Assembly (NCBI GenBank): GCA_040386535.1
Contig: JAZKFH010000012.1
Location: forward strand, 1-64,000
DNA length: 64,000 nucleotides
Reading direction: 5' to 3'
Origin: Myxococcota bacterium
GTDB taxonomy: Bacteria > Myxococcota_A > UBA796 > SXON01
The notes under the pieces: generated by a model
What the model saw: the letters and a program-made list of their open reading frames with translations, nothing else
What the model was told of the DNA's origin: nothing
Database searches by the model: none
Translations under genes and position numbers: made by a program
In this document: one piece after another, positions 9,823 to 21,132 of the stretch
Layout: every line of letters starts with the position of its first letter
How positions within the stretch are numbered: the first letter of the stretch is position 1

Positions 9823-10374
9823 GTGATCGACCTGTTCATCGGCTGGCCCGCGTTGCACACCAACGACATGCGCGCATACGCCGACGGCAACGAGCAGCAG
9901 GCCTGGAGCGCGGCGGGCGCGTTGTACGCCGATGTCGGCTTCCACCGCGTGAAGCGGATGGAGGTCCTCGTTTCGGCGGGCCTTGGCTTGTCGTCCACCC
10001 GTTACACCCTGGACGACTGGCACTTTGATGCCGCGACCTGGACGGGCGAGGCCGATCTGACCGCTCGGTGGTACGCCGGAGGAGACAAGGTGCGTGCTTC
10101 CTGGGAGTTCGGCCTTGGTCCCCACCTGCGGGTCGGGCTGCCCGACTGGTCGGACGGCCGTCTGGACCTCGGCCCAGGAGGACACACCGCGCTCAGCGTC
10201 GAGTTCGGGCCGGGGCCGGTGCGCCCCATGCTCCAGGGCCGCCTCGCTTGCACCATCGCCCCCGGGTATTCGAGCGGCGACATCACGCTGCCCGAGGGGA
10301 TGTTCTACTGGTCCTACTCCCCGTCCAGCGTGCGTGCAGTCCTACTGGTCGGAGCAGCTTTTGGAGCGCGTTAG
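9823..10374 (+). CDS. Hypothetical protein, possibly beta-strand-rich/outer-membrane
   Basis: GTG start overlaps the DUF2330 stop (GTGA); alternating aromatic/Gly strands. Confidence 0.6.
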   Translation: MIDLFIGWPALHTNDMRAYADGNEQQAWSAAGALYADVGFHRVKRMEVLVSAGLGLSSTRYTLDDWHFDAATWTGEADLTARWYAGGDKVRASWEFGLGPHLRVGLPDWSDGRLDLGPGGHTALSVEFGPGPVRPMLQGRLACTIAPGYSSGDITLPEGMFYWSYSPSSVRAVLLVGAAFGAR

Positions 10375-10414
10375 GACGACGCATCGCCGAGGGTAGGACC
10401 ACGGGGCGGGGCAC

Positions 10415-11239
10415 TCAGGTCCACAACATCCCGGCGAGCCGCTCCGCGAGCGCTCGTCGCTCTGGAGGCACGCTCGCGACGAGCCGCGCTCCCGCCCGCC
10501 GCCGTAGGTCCGGACGCGCACGTCCACCAAGCCAAGCGTCGATGTCCCAGGCGAGCTGTGCGTGTCGGGCTTCATCCCCCGCAATCTCCCGATAGACCGG
10601 GTGGGGATCGAGGTGCGCGACCGCGGCCGCCCAGGTCTCGTGGACACATCCCTCGACGGCGTTGTCGCGGGCGATTGCGTCAAGGCTCCGGATCCGGTGA
10701 CGACGCACCCGCGGCCGCGGAACAGGGGTTCCGGCGACGCGGGCCATCGCGCGCGCATGCCGCACCTCGTCCCGCGCGGCGGAGAGGCAGCGATCAGCGA
10801 GGTCGGAGGGGGCACCGTGTGCCGTGAGCTCGCGGTGGAGGCGCAGGAAGGCGTGGATGCTGGCGGCCTCCAGCTCTGCCCGGCGCTGCCACACGTCGCC
10901 CGTCCGCCGGGGCCGGAAGCCCGGGGGCCGCCGCCCGTCGCACTCAAGGCTGTACGTCGCTTCGCACTCCAGGGTGAATGCCTCGCCGCCGGTGTCGGTG
11001 GACGGCGTCGCCTCGCAGCCGGTCACGTCCGTCGCTCCGTGGGCCTCGCAGATCCGGGTGCACGCCTCCGCCTGGAGATTGCCGTCAGCGTCGACGTCTC
11101 CCGGTTGGATCTCGCCGTCGGACACCCAGATCGAGCGGGTGCTCTCGTAGTCGCCTCCGCACCCGAAGAACGGGCACCCCGCCAGGAGCGGCACTCCGGC
11201 CAACAGGAACACCTCGGCGACCGACATGCGCATGGGCAC
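10415..11239 (-). CDS. Myxobacterial-type ferritin-like-domain lipoprotein
   Basis: Lipobox LAGC; Cys-rich N-domain; ELEAASI, DEVRH, EGCVHET and DEARH diiron-like ExxH motifs. Confidence 0.8.
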   Translation of the reverse strand: MPMRMSVAEVFLLAGVPLLAGCPFFGCGGDYESTRSIWVSDGEIQPGDVDADGNLQAEACTRICEAHGATDVTGCEATPSTDTGGEAFTLECEATYSLECDGRRPPGFRPRRTGDVWQRRAELEAASIHAFLRLHRELTAHGAPSDLADRCLSAARDEVRHARAMARVAGTPVPRPRVRRHRIRSLDAIARDNAVEGCVHETWAAAVAHLDPHPVYREIAGDEARHAQLAWDIDAWLGGRARPDLRRRAGARLVASVPPERRALAERLAGMLWT

Positions 11240-11290
11240 CTCGGTGCGGAGTGTAGCGCCGTCTGGCTTGCCCGGACGCTGAGATCCCGG

Positions 11291-11769
11291 CTATCGACCG
11301 CCCTCTCGCCGGAGGAAGCGAGAACCCAACCACCCGCGCGCCCCCTCGGAAGACCACTCCCGCGCCCCGTCAATCCGCTCGACGAGTCGGCCATCGTCCA
11401 CGCGGAACGTGGCAGGCAGGTCCCACACCCCCGTGGCTGCCGCGATGCCCGGGTCGCGCACCACCTCTGCGGGAACCTGGCCCCCGAAGAACGCCGACAC
11501 CGACGCCGGGCTCTCGTCGACGGAAAACGCGACGAGCGGCACGCCCGCCTCGCGCGCCGCGTCCAGCAGATCCGGCAGCTCGTCGCGGCACGGGGCGCAC
11601 CAAGTCGCCCAGACGTGGAGGAGGCCGTCGCGCGGGGCCACGGCGGGCGCGGTCCCCGAGGCGGCCGACGTGACGAAGGGTGCCGCGGGCTCCCTTTCGA
11701 ACCCGCGCCACGCCAGCCACGCCGCGCCCTGGAGCGCCGCGAGGACCGCGAGACCGAGCAGGACGCGCC

Positions 11770-11773
<4 letters not shown>
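11291..11773 (-). CDS. TlpA/ResA-family membrane-anchored thioredoxin
   Basis: N-terminal TM segment, WATWCAPC, LPATF cis-Pro motif; GTG overlaps the stop of the upstream RND gene. Confidence 0.88.
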
Positions 11774-14826
<3,053 letters not shown>

Positions 14827-14829
14827 GGG

Positions 14830-16149
14830 CTACTCCACGTCGCAGCAGCCGGCGCCGATGCTGTCCTTGAGGGTCTCGGTCTTGAGCAAGAAGCTGCCAT
14901 CCGTCACCACGTCCTCCCCCGGGGCGACGCCCCGTCGGAGCACCACCGTCTCGCCCTGTCGGGCCGCGACCTCGACGCGGCGGGCCTCGTAGAGGCCTTC
15001 TTCGAGCCGGACGAACACGAGGTCCTTGCCCTTCGCCCGCTGGAGGGCGGCCGCGGGCACCGCGACGGCGGCGGTGTCGGGCGTCGCGATGCGCACCTGT
15101 CCGAAGAGGTTCGCGCGTAGGAGCCCATCGGGGTTGAGGAGCGCGGCCCGCGCGAGCACGGTGCGCTTCGCCGGGTCGATGGCGGGCGCGATCGACGCGA
15201 TGGTGCCCTCGAACGTGCGGTCTCCGAGCATCTCCGCGCTGAAGACGACACGCCGCCCGACGGCGACACGCGCGAGGTCTGCCTCGGGCACCTCGATGTC
15301 CGCCCAGACGGAGGACGGGTCGACGACCTCGAAGAGCACCGCGCTCCCCTCAACGTGGCCGCCGACCACGGCCTCGCGTCGGGTGACGACGCCGGAGAGC
15401 GGCGCGGACAGCGTGTAGCGGCCCGCCGTGCCCTCGCCGGCACCGACCATTCCGAGCGCGGCCTCCGCCGACCGGAGCTCCGCCCGCGCGGCGTCGCGCT
15501 CGGCGCGGGTGCGATCGATCTCCGCGACCGAGATCGCGCCCGCGGGCCCGAGCCCCTCGCGCCGGGCCAACTCGGCCTCCGCCAGGGAGACATGCGCCCT
15601 GGCGACGTCGATGGAGGCGCGTCCACCGCCGACCTCGGCGCTGTCGAGCGCCGCGAGCACCTGCCCGCGCCGGACCGTGGAACCCACGTCGACGCGCAGC
15701 TCAGCGACGACGCCGGGGGCCCGTGCGCTCACCAGAGCGACGCGCGTGGCCTCCCACGCAATCGTCGCCAGCGCTACGAACCCGCCCTCGTCGGCGCGGG
15801 CCTCGGCCTCCGCGACGCCGAGCCCCGCACGCTGCGCGACCTCGGGCGACTTGAAGCGCACCTTCGTCCCGTCGGCGGGCGCGTCGTCGGTCGACACGTC
15901 CGTGGAAGGGCGGCCGCCCTTCTCGGGGTGATGGATCGGGCAGAAGGACATCGGGAACCCGTGTTCCGGACACCAGTCGCCCTTGGCCTGGAAGACCGCC
16001 GCCAGGGCGGGATTGCACTTGGGACACACGGGCGCGAGCACACCGTGCTCGCACAGGGCGTCCTCTGACACGACAGCCGTCGCGGTCGGCACCGGAATCG
16101 GCGCCGCCGCATCCTGGCCGCACGCGGCCAGGAGCAGGAAGTAGAGCAT
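14830..16149 (-). CDS. RND periplasmic adaptor (CzcB/CusB-like) with N-terminal Cys/His repeat domain
   Basis: Lipobox LAAC; CEHGVLAPVCPKC and WCPEHGFPMSFCPIHHP; MFP lipoyl/hairpin motifs; C-terminal GAGCCDVE. Confidence 0.93.
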   Translation of the reverse strand: MLYFLLLAACGQDAAAPIPVPTATAVVSEDALCEHGVLAPVCPKCNPALAAVFQAKGDWCPEHGFPMSFCPIHHPEKGGRPSTDVSTDDAPADGTKVRFKSPEVAQRAGLGVAEAEARADEGGFVALATIAWEATRVALVSARAPGVVAELRVDVGSTVRRGQVLAALDSAEVGGGRASIDVARAHVSLAEAELARREGLGPAGAISVAEIDRTRAERDAARAELRSAEAALGMVGAGEGTAGRYTLSAPLSGVVTRREAVVGGHVEGSAVLFEVVDPSSVWADIEVPEADLARVAVGRRVVFSAEMLGDRTFEGTIASIAPAIDPAKRTVLARAALLNPDGLLRANLFGQVRIATPDTAAVAVPAAALQRAKGKDLVFVRLEEGLYEARRVEVAARQGETVVLRRGVAPGEDVVTDGSFLLKTETLKDSIGAGCCDVE

Positions 16150-16482
16150 CTACTGGATCTTCGCGGGGCGCTCGATCTTCAGCTCCGGATTGCACTTCTT
16201 GCAGTGCGACTCCGGGAGGCCGTGCTCGGCGCACCAGTCGTCGGTCGCCTTGAACGCGGCCGTGAGCGACGAGTTGCACTGCGTGCACTGGGACTCGGGG
16301 ACGGCGTGCTCGGCGCACCAGTCCTCGTGGGAGCCGGGCTTCACGCCGGCGTCGGCGTGGCCAGCGTCCGCGGCCGGGGCGACGGGGGCGGCGGCGGAGA
16401 CAGGGGCGGGCTGGGCCGGAGCGGCGGCCGGGGCCGCGGGCTCGGTAGAGCAAGCAAACAAAAACGCAAGGATGAGCGACAT
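16150..16482 (-). CDS. Small lipoprotein with two WCAEHxxPESxCxxC repeats
   Basis: Lipobox LFAC, Ala/Pro linker, WCAEHAVPESQCTQC and WCAEHGLPESHCKKC. Confidence 0.85.
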   Translation of the reverse strand: MSLILAFLFACSTEPAAPAAAPAQPAPVSAAAPVAPAADAGHADAGVKPGSHEDWCAEHAVPESQCTQCNSSLTAAFKATDDWCAEHGLPESHCKKCNPELKIERPAKIQ

Positions 16483-16532
16483 GTAGAACTCCGATCAGAA
16501 GCAGGTGGGCGAGACGACGGAAGAGTCGACGC

Positions 16533-16877
16533 TCAGGCGATCGGAGGTGGGGTCGGGGGTGGGCCGGCGCGCCAGTCCGGCTGGTCGACGCGCACCGGGG
16601 CGTCCACGAGGAGGTAGGCGTCGTGGAGAAGGGCTTCCCCGACGGGAATGGGCGCCGTCGCGCGCGCCAGGCAGAGGCACGCCGCGGTGTCGCAGCAGTC
16701 CACCGAGCCGTCGTCCTCTTGATCACCGGCGCTTGCCGCGTCGGCGGCATTGGCCTCCTCCGCGCAGCAGGCGGCGAAGACCTCGCCAACGACGGGCACG
16801 GCCTCGCGCATCTCGCACGGGAGGAGCCCGGCGAGGACGACGAGCGTGGCGAGGAAACGGAAGAGGCGGCGCACCAC
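16533..16877 (-). CDS. Cys-rich leader protein with Pro-rich C-terminus (CzcI/DUF2946-like)
   Basis: Signal-like N-terminus RRLFRFLATLVVLAGLL; CC, CCDTAACLC; ends RAGPPPTPPPIA; first gene of the RND operon. Start 16877 or 16874. Confidence 0.65.
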   Translation of the reverse strand: MVRRLFRFLATLVVLAGLLPCEMREAVPVVGEVFAACCAEEANAADAASAGDQEDDGSVDCCDTAACLCLARATAPIPVGEALLHDAYLLVDAPVRVDQPDWRAGPPPTPPPIA

Positions 16878-16948
16878 GGGTGGCTTAGCACGGACCTGGT
16901 TGTGCGGCCGTCGAACGGTCCCTACGCCACCGCCTCGGGCGAATCCCC

Positions 16949-17578
16949 CTACGCCGGCGATCCGAGCCCGGCCGCACGCAACGCCGCCACGAGGATGTCG
17001 ACCGGGGGCGCGTTGGATCGAACACCAGCCTGGAGGTAGGTGCGGCATGTCGGGCCGTCGTCGGCAGACGCCCCTGCGACGTCGCGCCCGTCCACGAGCA
17101 CGGTGGGTGAGCCGAACCGTGTCCACGGCACCGGGGTGTCGGGCGCCCCGAGATCCACCTCCTCGCAGCACGCCGGCGCCCGGGCCTCCTCGAGCGCGCG
17201 GCGCAGGTTCGCACGCGCGAGCTCCACGTTGGGACAATCGCGGTCGTAGAGGAGGACGACACGCCGCCTCGGAGGGTCCGTCCCTTCCGCCGACCAGCCA
17301 AGCGTCCCGCCCTCCAGCCAGCCGACATCCGTAGCGCCCGCTGCCGCGAGCGCCGCCGCCGCCTCGGTGGAGCGCCCGCCGCCCTTGCCGCACACCGTCA
17401 CGATCGGCCGGCCGAGAGGAAGGCGCCGGGGATCCGCCTCGATTTCGGCCAGGGGCAGGTGGATCGCCCCCTCCACGTGGCCGGCGGCGAAGTCCTCCGC
17501 CCCGCGCACGTCCACCACCACCACCGGCTCGCCCGCGTCTCGTCGCGCCCGCAGCTCCGCCTGCTTGACCTCTCTCAT
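16949..17578 (-). CDS. Rhodanese domain fused to a thioredoxin-like (CP...GSPT...CRxY) domain
   Basis: VVDVRGAEDFAAGHVEGA, loop CGKGGGRS, LEGG; then LLYDRDCPN...FGSPTVLVDGRD...CRTY. ATG overlaps the MFS stop. Confidence 0.82.
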   Translation of the reverse strand: MREVKQAELRARRDAGEPVVVVDVRGAEDFAAGHVEGAIHLPLAEIEADPRRLPLGRPIVTVCGKGGGRSTEAAAALAAAGATDVGWLEGGTLGWSAEGTDPPRRRVVLLYDRDCPNVELARANLRRALEEARAPACCEEVDLGAPDTPVPWTRFGSPTVLVDGRDVAGASADDGPTCRTYLQAGVRSNAPPVDILVAALRAAGLGSPA

Positions 17579-18843
17579 CCCGTCCTCCTCAAGGTTTCCC
17601 GCATCCGCACCGCGACGACCGCGCCGGACGAGAGCGTCACGGCCGCCACCAGCCACACCGCCGCGCTCACGCCGAAGGCGTCGGCCACCACCCCGGCGAG
17701 CAGCGCGCCGATCGCGTAGCCCATGTCCCGCCAGAGCCGGTAGGTGCCCATCGCCGAGGCGCGCCATGCCGGGTGCGCCACGTCCCCGATCGTCGCGAGG
17801 ATGGTCGGGTAGACCATCGCCGTCCCGAGGCCGAGGAGGACCTGCCCGACGACGAAGGCCGGCACGGCGCTGCCGGTGGCCACCACGGCGATGCCGAGGG
17901 CCTGCACCACCATCCCGCCGGCCACGAGCCACTTGCGGCCGATGCGGTCCGAGAGCGCGCCCGTGGCGAGCTGCGAGAGCCCCCACACCGCGGGGTAGAG
18001 CGCCGCGAGCCAGCCGATGTCGGCGAGGCCGAGCCCCGCCGCCGCGAAGAGCAACGGGAAGAGCCCCCAGGCCATGCCGTCGTTCAGGTTGTTGACGAGG
18101 CCGGCCTGGGTGACCGAGGACAAGTCGCGGTCGAAGAGCGTCGTCCGCCAGAAGACCTCGCGTTGGCTCGGCAGCCCTTCTGGCGGCAGGGCCCCCGCGA
18201 GCGAGGCCTCGTGCCGGACGTGGTGGAGGGTCTCGCGGACGAGGAACGTGGAGAGGCCGAGCCCGAGCATCACGTAGGCGACACCGAGGTAGAACGGCTC
18301 GGGACGGAGCCCCCACCGCGCGGCGACCCAGCCTGTGGCCAGCGCGGAGCCCGCCACCGCGAAGTAGCCCGCGAACTCGTTGAGCCCCATCGCGAGGCCG
18401 CGCTGCTTCGGCCCCGTCAGATCCACCTTCATGATGACGGTGGTCGACCACGTCAGGCCCTGGCTCACGCCGAGGAGCACGTTGGCGACGAGCACCCACG
18501 ACCACGACGGCGCCCACATGAGCAGGAACGGCACCGGCACGGCCACGAGCCAACCGCCGACGAGCACCTTCTTCCGCCCGACCACGTCGGAGAGCCGCCC
18601 TGCGAGGTAGTTCGTGAGCGCCTTGCTCACGCCGAAGGCGACGATGAACGAGAGCACGGCTGTCTTGGCGGCGAGGCCGAACACCTCCTCGGCCATCGGC
18701 GAGAGGATGCTCCGCTCCATCCCCACCATCGCGCCGACGAAGGCGTTCACGAGCACGAGGAGCGAGAACTGGGCGAGGTTCTCGCGGAGGCCGAGCGCGG
18801 GCGTCGTCGCGCCAGCGCCTGCCTTCGTCACCGCTGCACTCAC
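17575..18843 (-). CDS. MFS transporter
   Basis: GRLSDVVGRK and GALSDRIGRK motif-A repeats; about 12 hydrophobic segments; GTG start overlaps the upstream stop. Confidence 0.92.
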   Translation of the reverse strand: MSAAVTKAGAGATTPALGLRENLAQFSLLVLVNAFVGAMVGMERSILSPMAEEVFGLAAKTAVLSFIVAFGVSKALTNYLAGRLSDVVGRKKVLVGGWLVAVPVPFLLMWAPSWSWVLVANVLLGVSQGLTWSTTVIMKVDLTGPKQRGLAMGLNEFAGYFAVAGSALATGWVAARWGLRPEPFYLGVAYVMLGLGLSTFLVRETLHHVRHEASLAGALPPEGLPSQREVFWRTTLFDRDLSSVTQAGLVNNLNDGMAWGLFPLLFAAAGLGLADIGWLAALYPAVWGLSQLATGALSDRIGRKWLVAGGMVVQALGIAVVATGSAVPAFVVGQVLLGLGTAMVYPTILATIGDVAHPAWRASAMGTYRLWRDMGYAIGALLAGVVADAFGVSAAVWLVAAVTLSSGAVVAVRMRETLRRTG

Positions 18844-19517
18844 GACGCCACCCCGAGCGCGATCCCTGCCGCGCGCCAGTCCGCCACGCCCTCCTCGGCG
18901 TGGCGAGCGTCGAAGCCGGCCTCGCGCAGCACCTGCACCGCGTCGAGCGAGAGCACACACCACGGCCCGCGGCAATACGCCACGACCGCGCGGTCGCGCG
19001 GCAGCTCGTCGAGCCGCGCGGCCAGCTCGGCGAGCGGCACCGAGCGCGCGCCGGGGAAGTGCCCGGCGCGGAACTCCTCGGGCGCCCGGACGTCCAGCAC
19101 CGTGATCTCGTCGCGGGCGGCCCGCGCCACGAGCTCGTCCCGCGCGATGGGCTCCAACGTCCCGCGGTCGCGATGGAACGCCCGCTGGAGCTGCTCGATC
19201 TCGGCGAGGCGCCCCTGGCCCATGCGGCGGAGCGCGACGCCGAGATCCGACACGCTGGCGTCGGCGAGCCGGTAGTGGACGTGCTGCCCGCGCTTGTCCG
19301 CCTCGACGAGCCGCGCGCCCTTGAGCACCTGGAGGTGCTGCGACGTGTTGGCGACGGTGGCGCCGACCTCGCGGGCGAGCTCCTCGACGGTGCGCGGGGC
19401 CTGCGCGAGCAGGTCGAGGAGCTCGAGACGCACGGCGCTGGCCAGGGCCTTCCCGACGCGGGCGAGCTGGCCGTACACGGCGTCCTTCAGGGCGCGGCCG
19501 GTGGTGGGGGTGTCCAT
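18840..19517 (-). CDS. ArsR-family regulator fused to a rhodanese domain
   Basis: GKALASAVRLELLDLLAQ...NTSQHLQVL HTH; LDVRAPEEFRAGHFPGA, YCRGPWC. Start 19517 or 19550. Confidence 0.92.
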   Translation of the reverse strand: MDTPTTGRALKDAVYGQLARVGKALASAVRLELLDLLAQAPRTVEELAREVGATVANTSQHLQVLKGARLVEADKRGQHVHYRLADASVSDLGVALRRMGQGRLAEIEQLQRAFHRDRGTLEPIARDELVARAARDEITVLDVRAPEEFRAGHFPGARSVPLAELAARLDELPRDRAVVAYCRGPWCVLSLDAVQVLREAGFDARHAEEGVADWRAAGIALGVAS

Positions 19518-19550
19518 GCGGGTGGGCTCCGGGTGCTCGCTTCGCACCAT

Positions 19551-19570
19551 AATCAAGTATTCGCTTGAAT
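19551..19570. promoter_or_regulatory. Candidate operator of the ArsR-rhodanese regulator
   Basis: TCAAG-N6-CTTGA palindrome (19553-19568) in an AT-rich patch just upstream of the gene. Confidence 0.65.
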
Positions 19571-19710
19571 ACAAGATCCGACTCCACGAGCCTCCGCCGA
19601 CCGCCCGGAGCGCTGCCGTCGCCGCAGCGGCCGCCGTCCTCGGCGGGCCGGCTGCCCGAATCCGAGGACCGACGCCCCGGTCTCCAGCACGCGGCCAACT
19701 CACGGCCGGA

Positions 19711-19739
19711 TTGACACCGCCCGTCCGTCACCGTAAGCC
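19711..19739 (+). promoter_or_regulatory. Sigma70-type promoter for the blaI-like gene
   Basis: TTGACA-N17-TAAGCC ending 7 nt before ATG 19747. Confidence 0.6.
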
Positions 19740-19746
19740 CCCGACC

Positions 19747-20112
19747 ATGGACCCCGTCGACGCCCTCGGCCCCCTCGAATCCCGCGTGATGCTCGCGCTC
19801 TGGGCGGCGGGCACGGGCACCGCGCGCGAGGTCTGCGCCGCTCTCGGCGAGGAGTGGGCCTACACCACCATCATGACGACGCTCGACCGCCTCCACAAGA
19901 AGGGCGTGCTCCTCCGCGAGAAGGAAGGGCTCGCCTGGCGCTACCGGACGGCGGTGGAGCGCGATGCCTTCGAGCGCGCGCAGGTGGATGCGCTCGCGGC
20001 GCGGCTCCTGGGCGAGCGGAGGGACCTCGGCCTCGCTGCGCTCGTCGACGCCGCGGACGCTGCGACCCTCGAGCGGCTCGCCGAGCTCATCCAGGCGAGG
20101 CGGCGCAAGTGA
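19747..20112 (+). CDS. BlaI/MecI/CopY-family repressor
   Basis: LGPLESRVMLALW...AYTTIMTTLDRLHKKG...AWRY. Confidence 0.93.
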   Translation: MDPVDALGPLESRVMLALWAAGTGTAREVCAALGEEWAYTTIMTTLDRLHKKGVLLREKEGLAWRYRTAVERDAFERAQVDALAARLLGERRDLGLAALVDAADAATLERLAELIQARRRK

Positions 20113-21101
20113 TCGCGACGCTGGGCGCGCTGCTGGAGACGGTCGCGATCCTGACCGCCGCGTCCGCGTGCGCGTCGCTGGTCGCGCTGCCGGTGCTGGC
20201 CGCGGTGCGCCGGCTGCCGGTGGCCCCCGCGACCCGGGCGGACCTCGCCCTGGGCGCCGCGGCCCTCCCCGCCGCCGCCGTGCTGCTCGTCGCGATTGCG
20301 GTGGCGTTCCCGGGCGCGCTCGACCTGCTGGGGATGCGCGCCGACCATTGCGACGATCACGGCGGGCACGGTCACCTCTGCCTGGCGCACCCCGCGGTCG
20401 CAGCACCCGCGCTCGTCGCGCTCGGCGCGTTGGCATCCGCGGCGGCGCTCCTCCGAGTGGCGCGTTGGGCCGCCGCCCGGCTCTCCGCCTCCCGGGACCT
20501 CGGCGCGCTCCTCCGACTCGGGCGCACGGGCGCCGAGGGCGCGGACGTCGTGCGCCTCGACGGAACGACGGTCCTCTGCCACGCCGCCGGCGCCTTCGCC
20601 CCGAGGGTGCTCGTGTCGACGCGCCTCGTCACCGAGCTCGCTCCCGACCTGCTTTCCGCGGCGCTGGAGCACGAGCGGGCCCACGTGCGCCGCCGGGACG
20701 TGCTGGCGCGCGACGTGATCTCGGTCCTCGGGCTCCTCGCGTGGCCGGGCGTGGGGGCGCGCGCCGCGACCGTCTGGGAGGAGGCCGCCGAAGAAGCGGC
20801 GGACGCCGAAGCGGCCGAGCGGTTCGGGGGGCACGTGCTCGCGCGCGCCCTCGTCGCGGTGGCGCGGATGTCGCTGGGGCCCGCGCCAACGGCACGCTCC
20901 TGGTCCGGCATGCCGCTCGCGGGCGCCGGTCTCACCCGGCGCGTCGAGCTCCTCCTCGATCGTCCGCCGTTGCGTCGGCCGGCGCTGGCGCTCGTCGTCG
21001 TCCCGGCGCTCGGGTTCGCCCTCGTCCTGTTCGCGGCGATGAACGCCGACCCGCTGCACCACGTCGCGGAGACGGCCCTGCACCTCCTCCTGGGAGCTTG
21101 A
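20109..21101 (+). CDS. M56-family (BlaR1-like) membrane metallopeptidase without a penicillin-binding domain
   Basis: HERAH zinc motif, RRRD, EEAAD; several TM segments; loop DHCDDHGGHGHLCLAHP; GTGA coupling to blaI. Confidence 0.88.
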   Translation: MIATLGALLETVAILTAASACASLVALPVLAAVRRLPVAPATRADLALGAAALPAAAVLLVAIAVAFPGALDLLGMRADHCDDHGGHGHLCLAHPAVAAPALVALGALASAAALLRVARWAAARLSASRDLGALLRLGRTGAEGADVVRLDGTTVLCHAAGAFAPRVLVSTRLVTELAPDLLSAALEHERAHVRRRDVLARDVISVLGLLAWPGVGARAATVWEEAAEEAADAEAAERFGGHVLARALVAVARMSLGPAPTARSWSGMPLAGAGLTRRVELLLDRPPLRRPALALVVVPALGFALVLFAAMNADPLHHVAETALHLLLGA

Positions 21102-21127
21102 CGGGTATCTACTACGCGCGGTAGTAG
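21098..21127 (+). promoter_or_regulatory. Promoter overlapped by a perfect palindrome; candidate BlaI-family operator
   Basis: TTGACG (21098-21103) followed by CTACTAC-GCGCG-GTAGTAG (21109-21127), ending 5 nt before ATG 21133. Confidence 0.72.
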
Positions 21128-21132
21128 GCGGC

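Larger units (their letters stand above)
7036..9826 (+). pseudogene. DUF2330-domain protein with MYXO-CTERM-like tail, interrupted by IS3 (segments 7036-7980 and 9521-9826)
   Basis: N-part AFCGTFVG...DYEGDLAEFALVLPVP...LPIRIG. Removing the IS and one target-site copy rejoins ...ELSAL|GLDDYHGHLTRLR... in frame (416 aa). C-terminus GCNAPAVPAGGLGALAALMLARRRRA. Confidence 0.88.
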
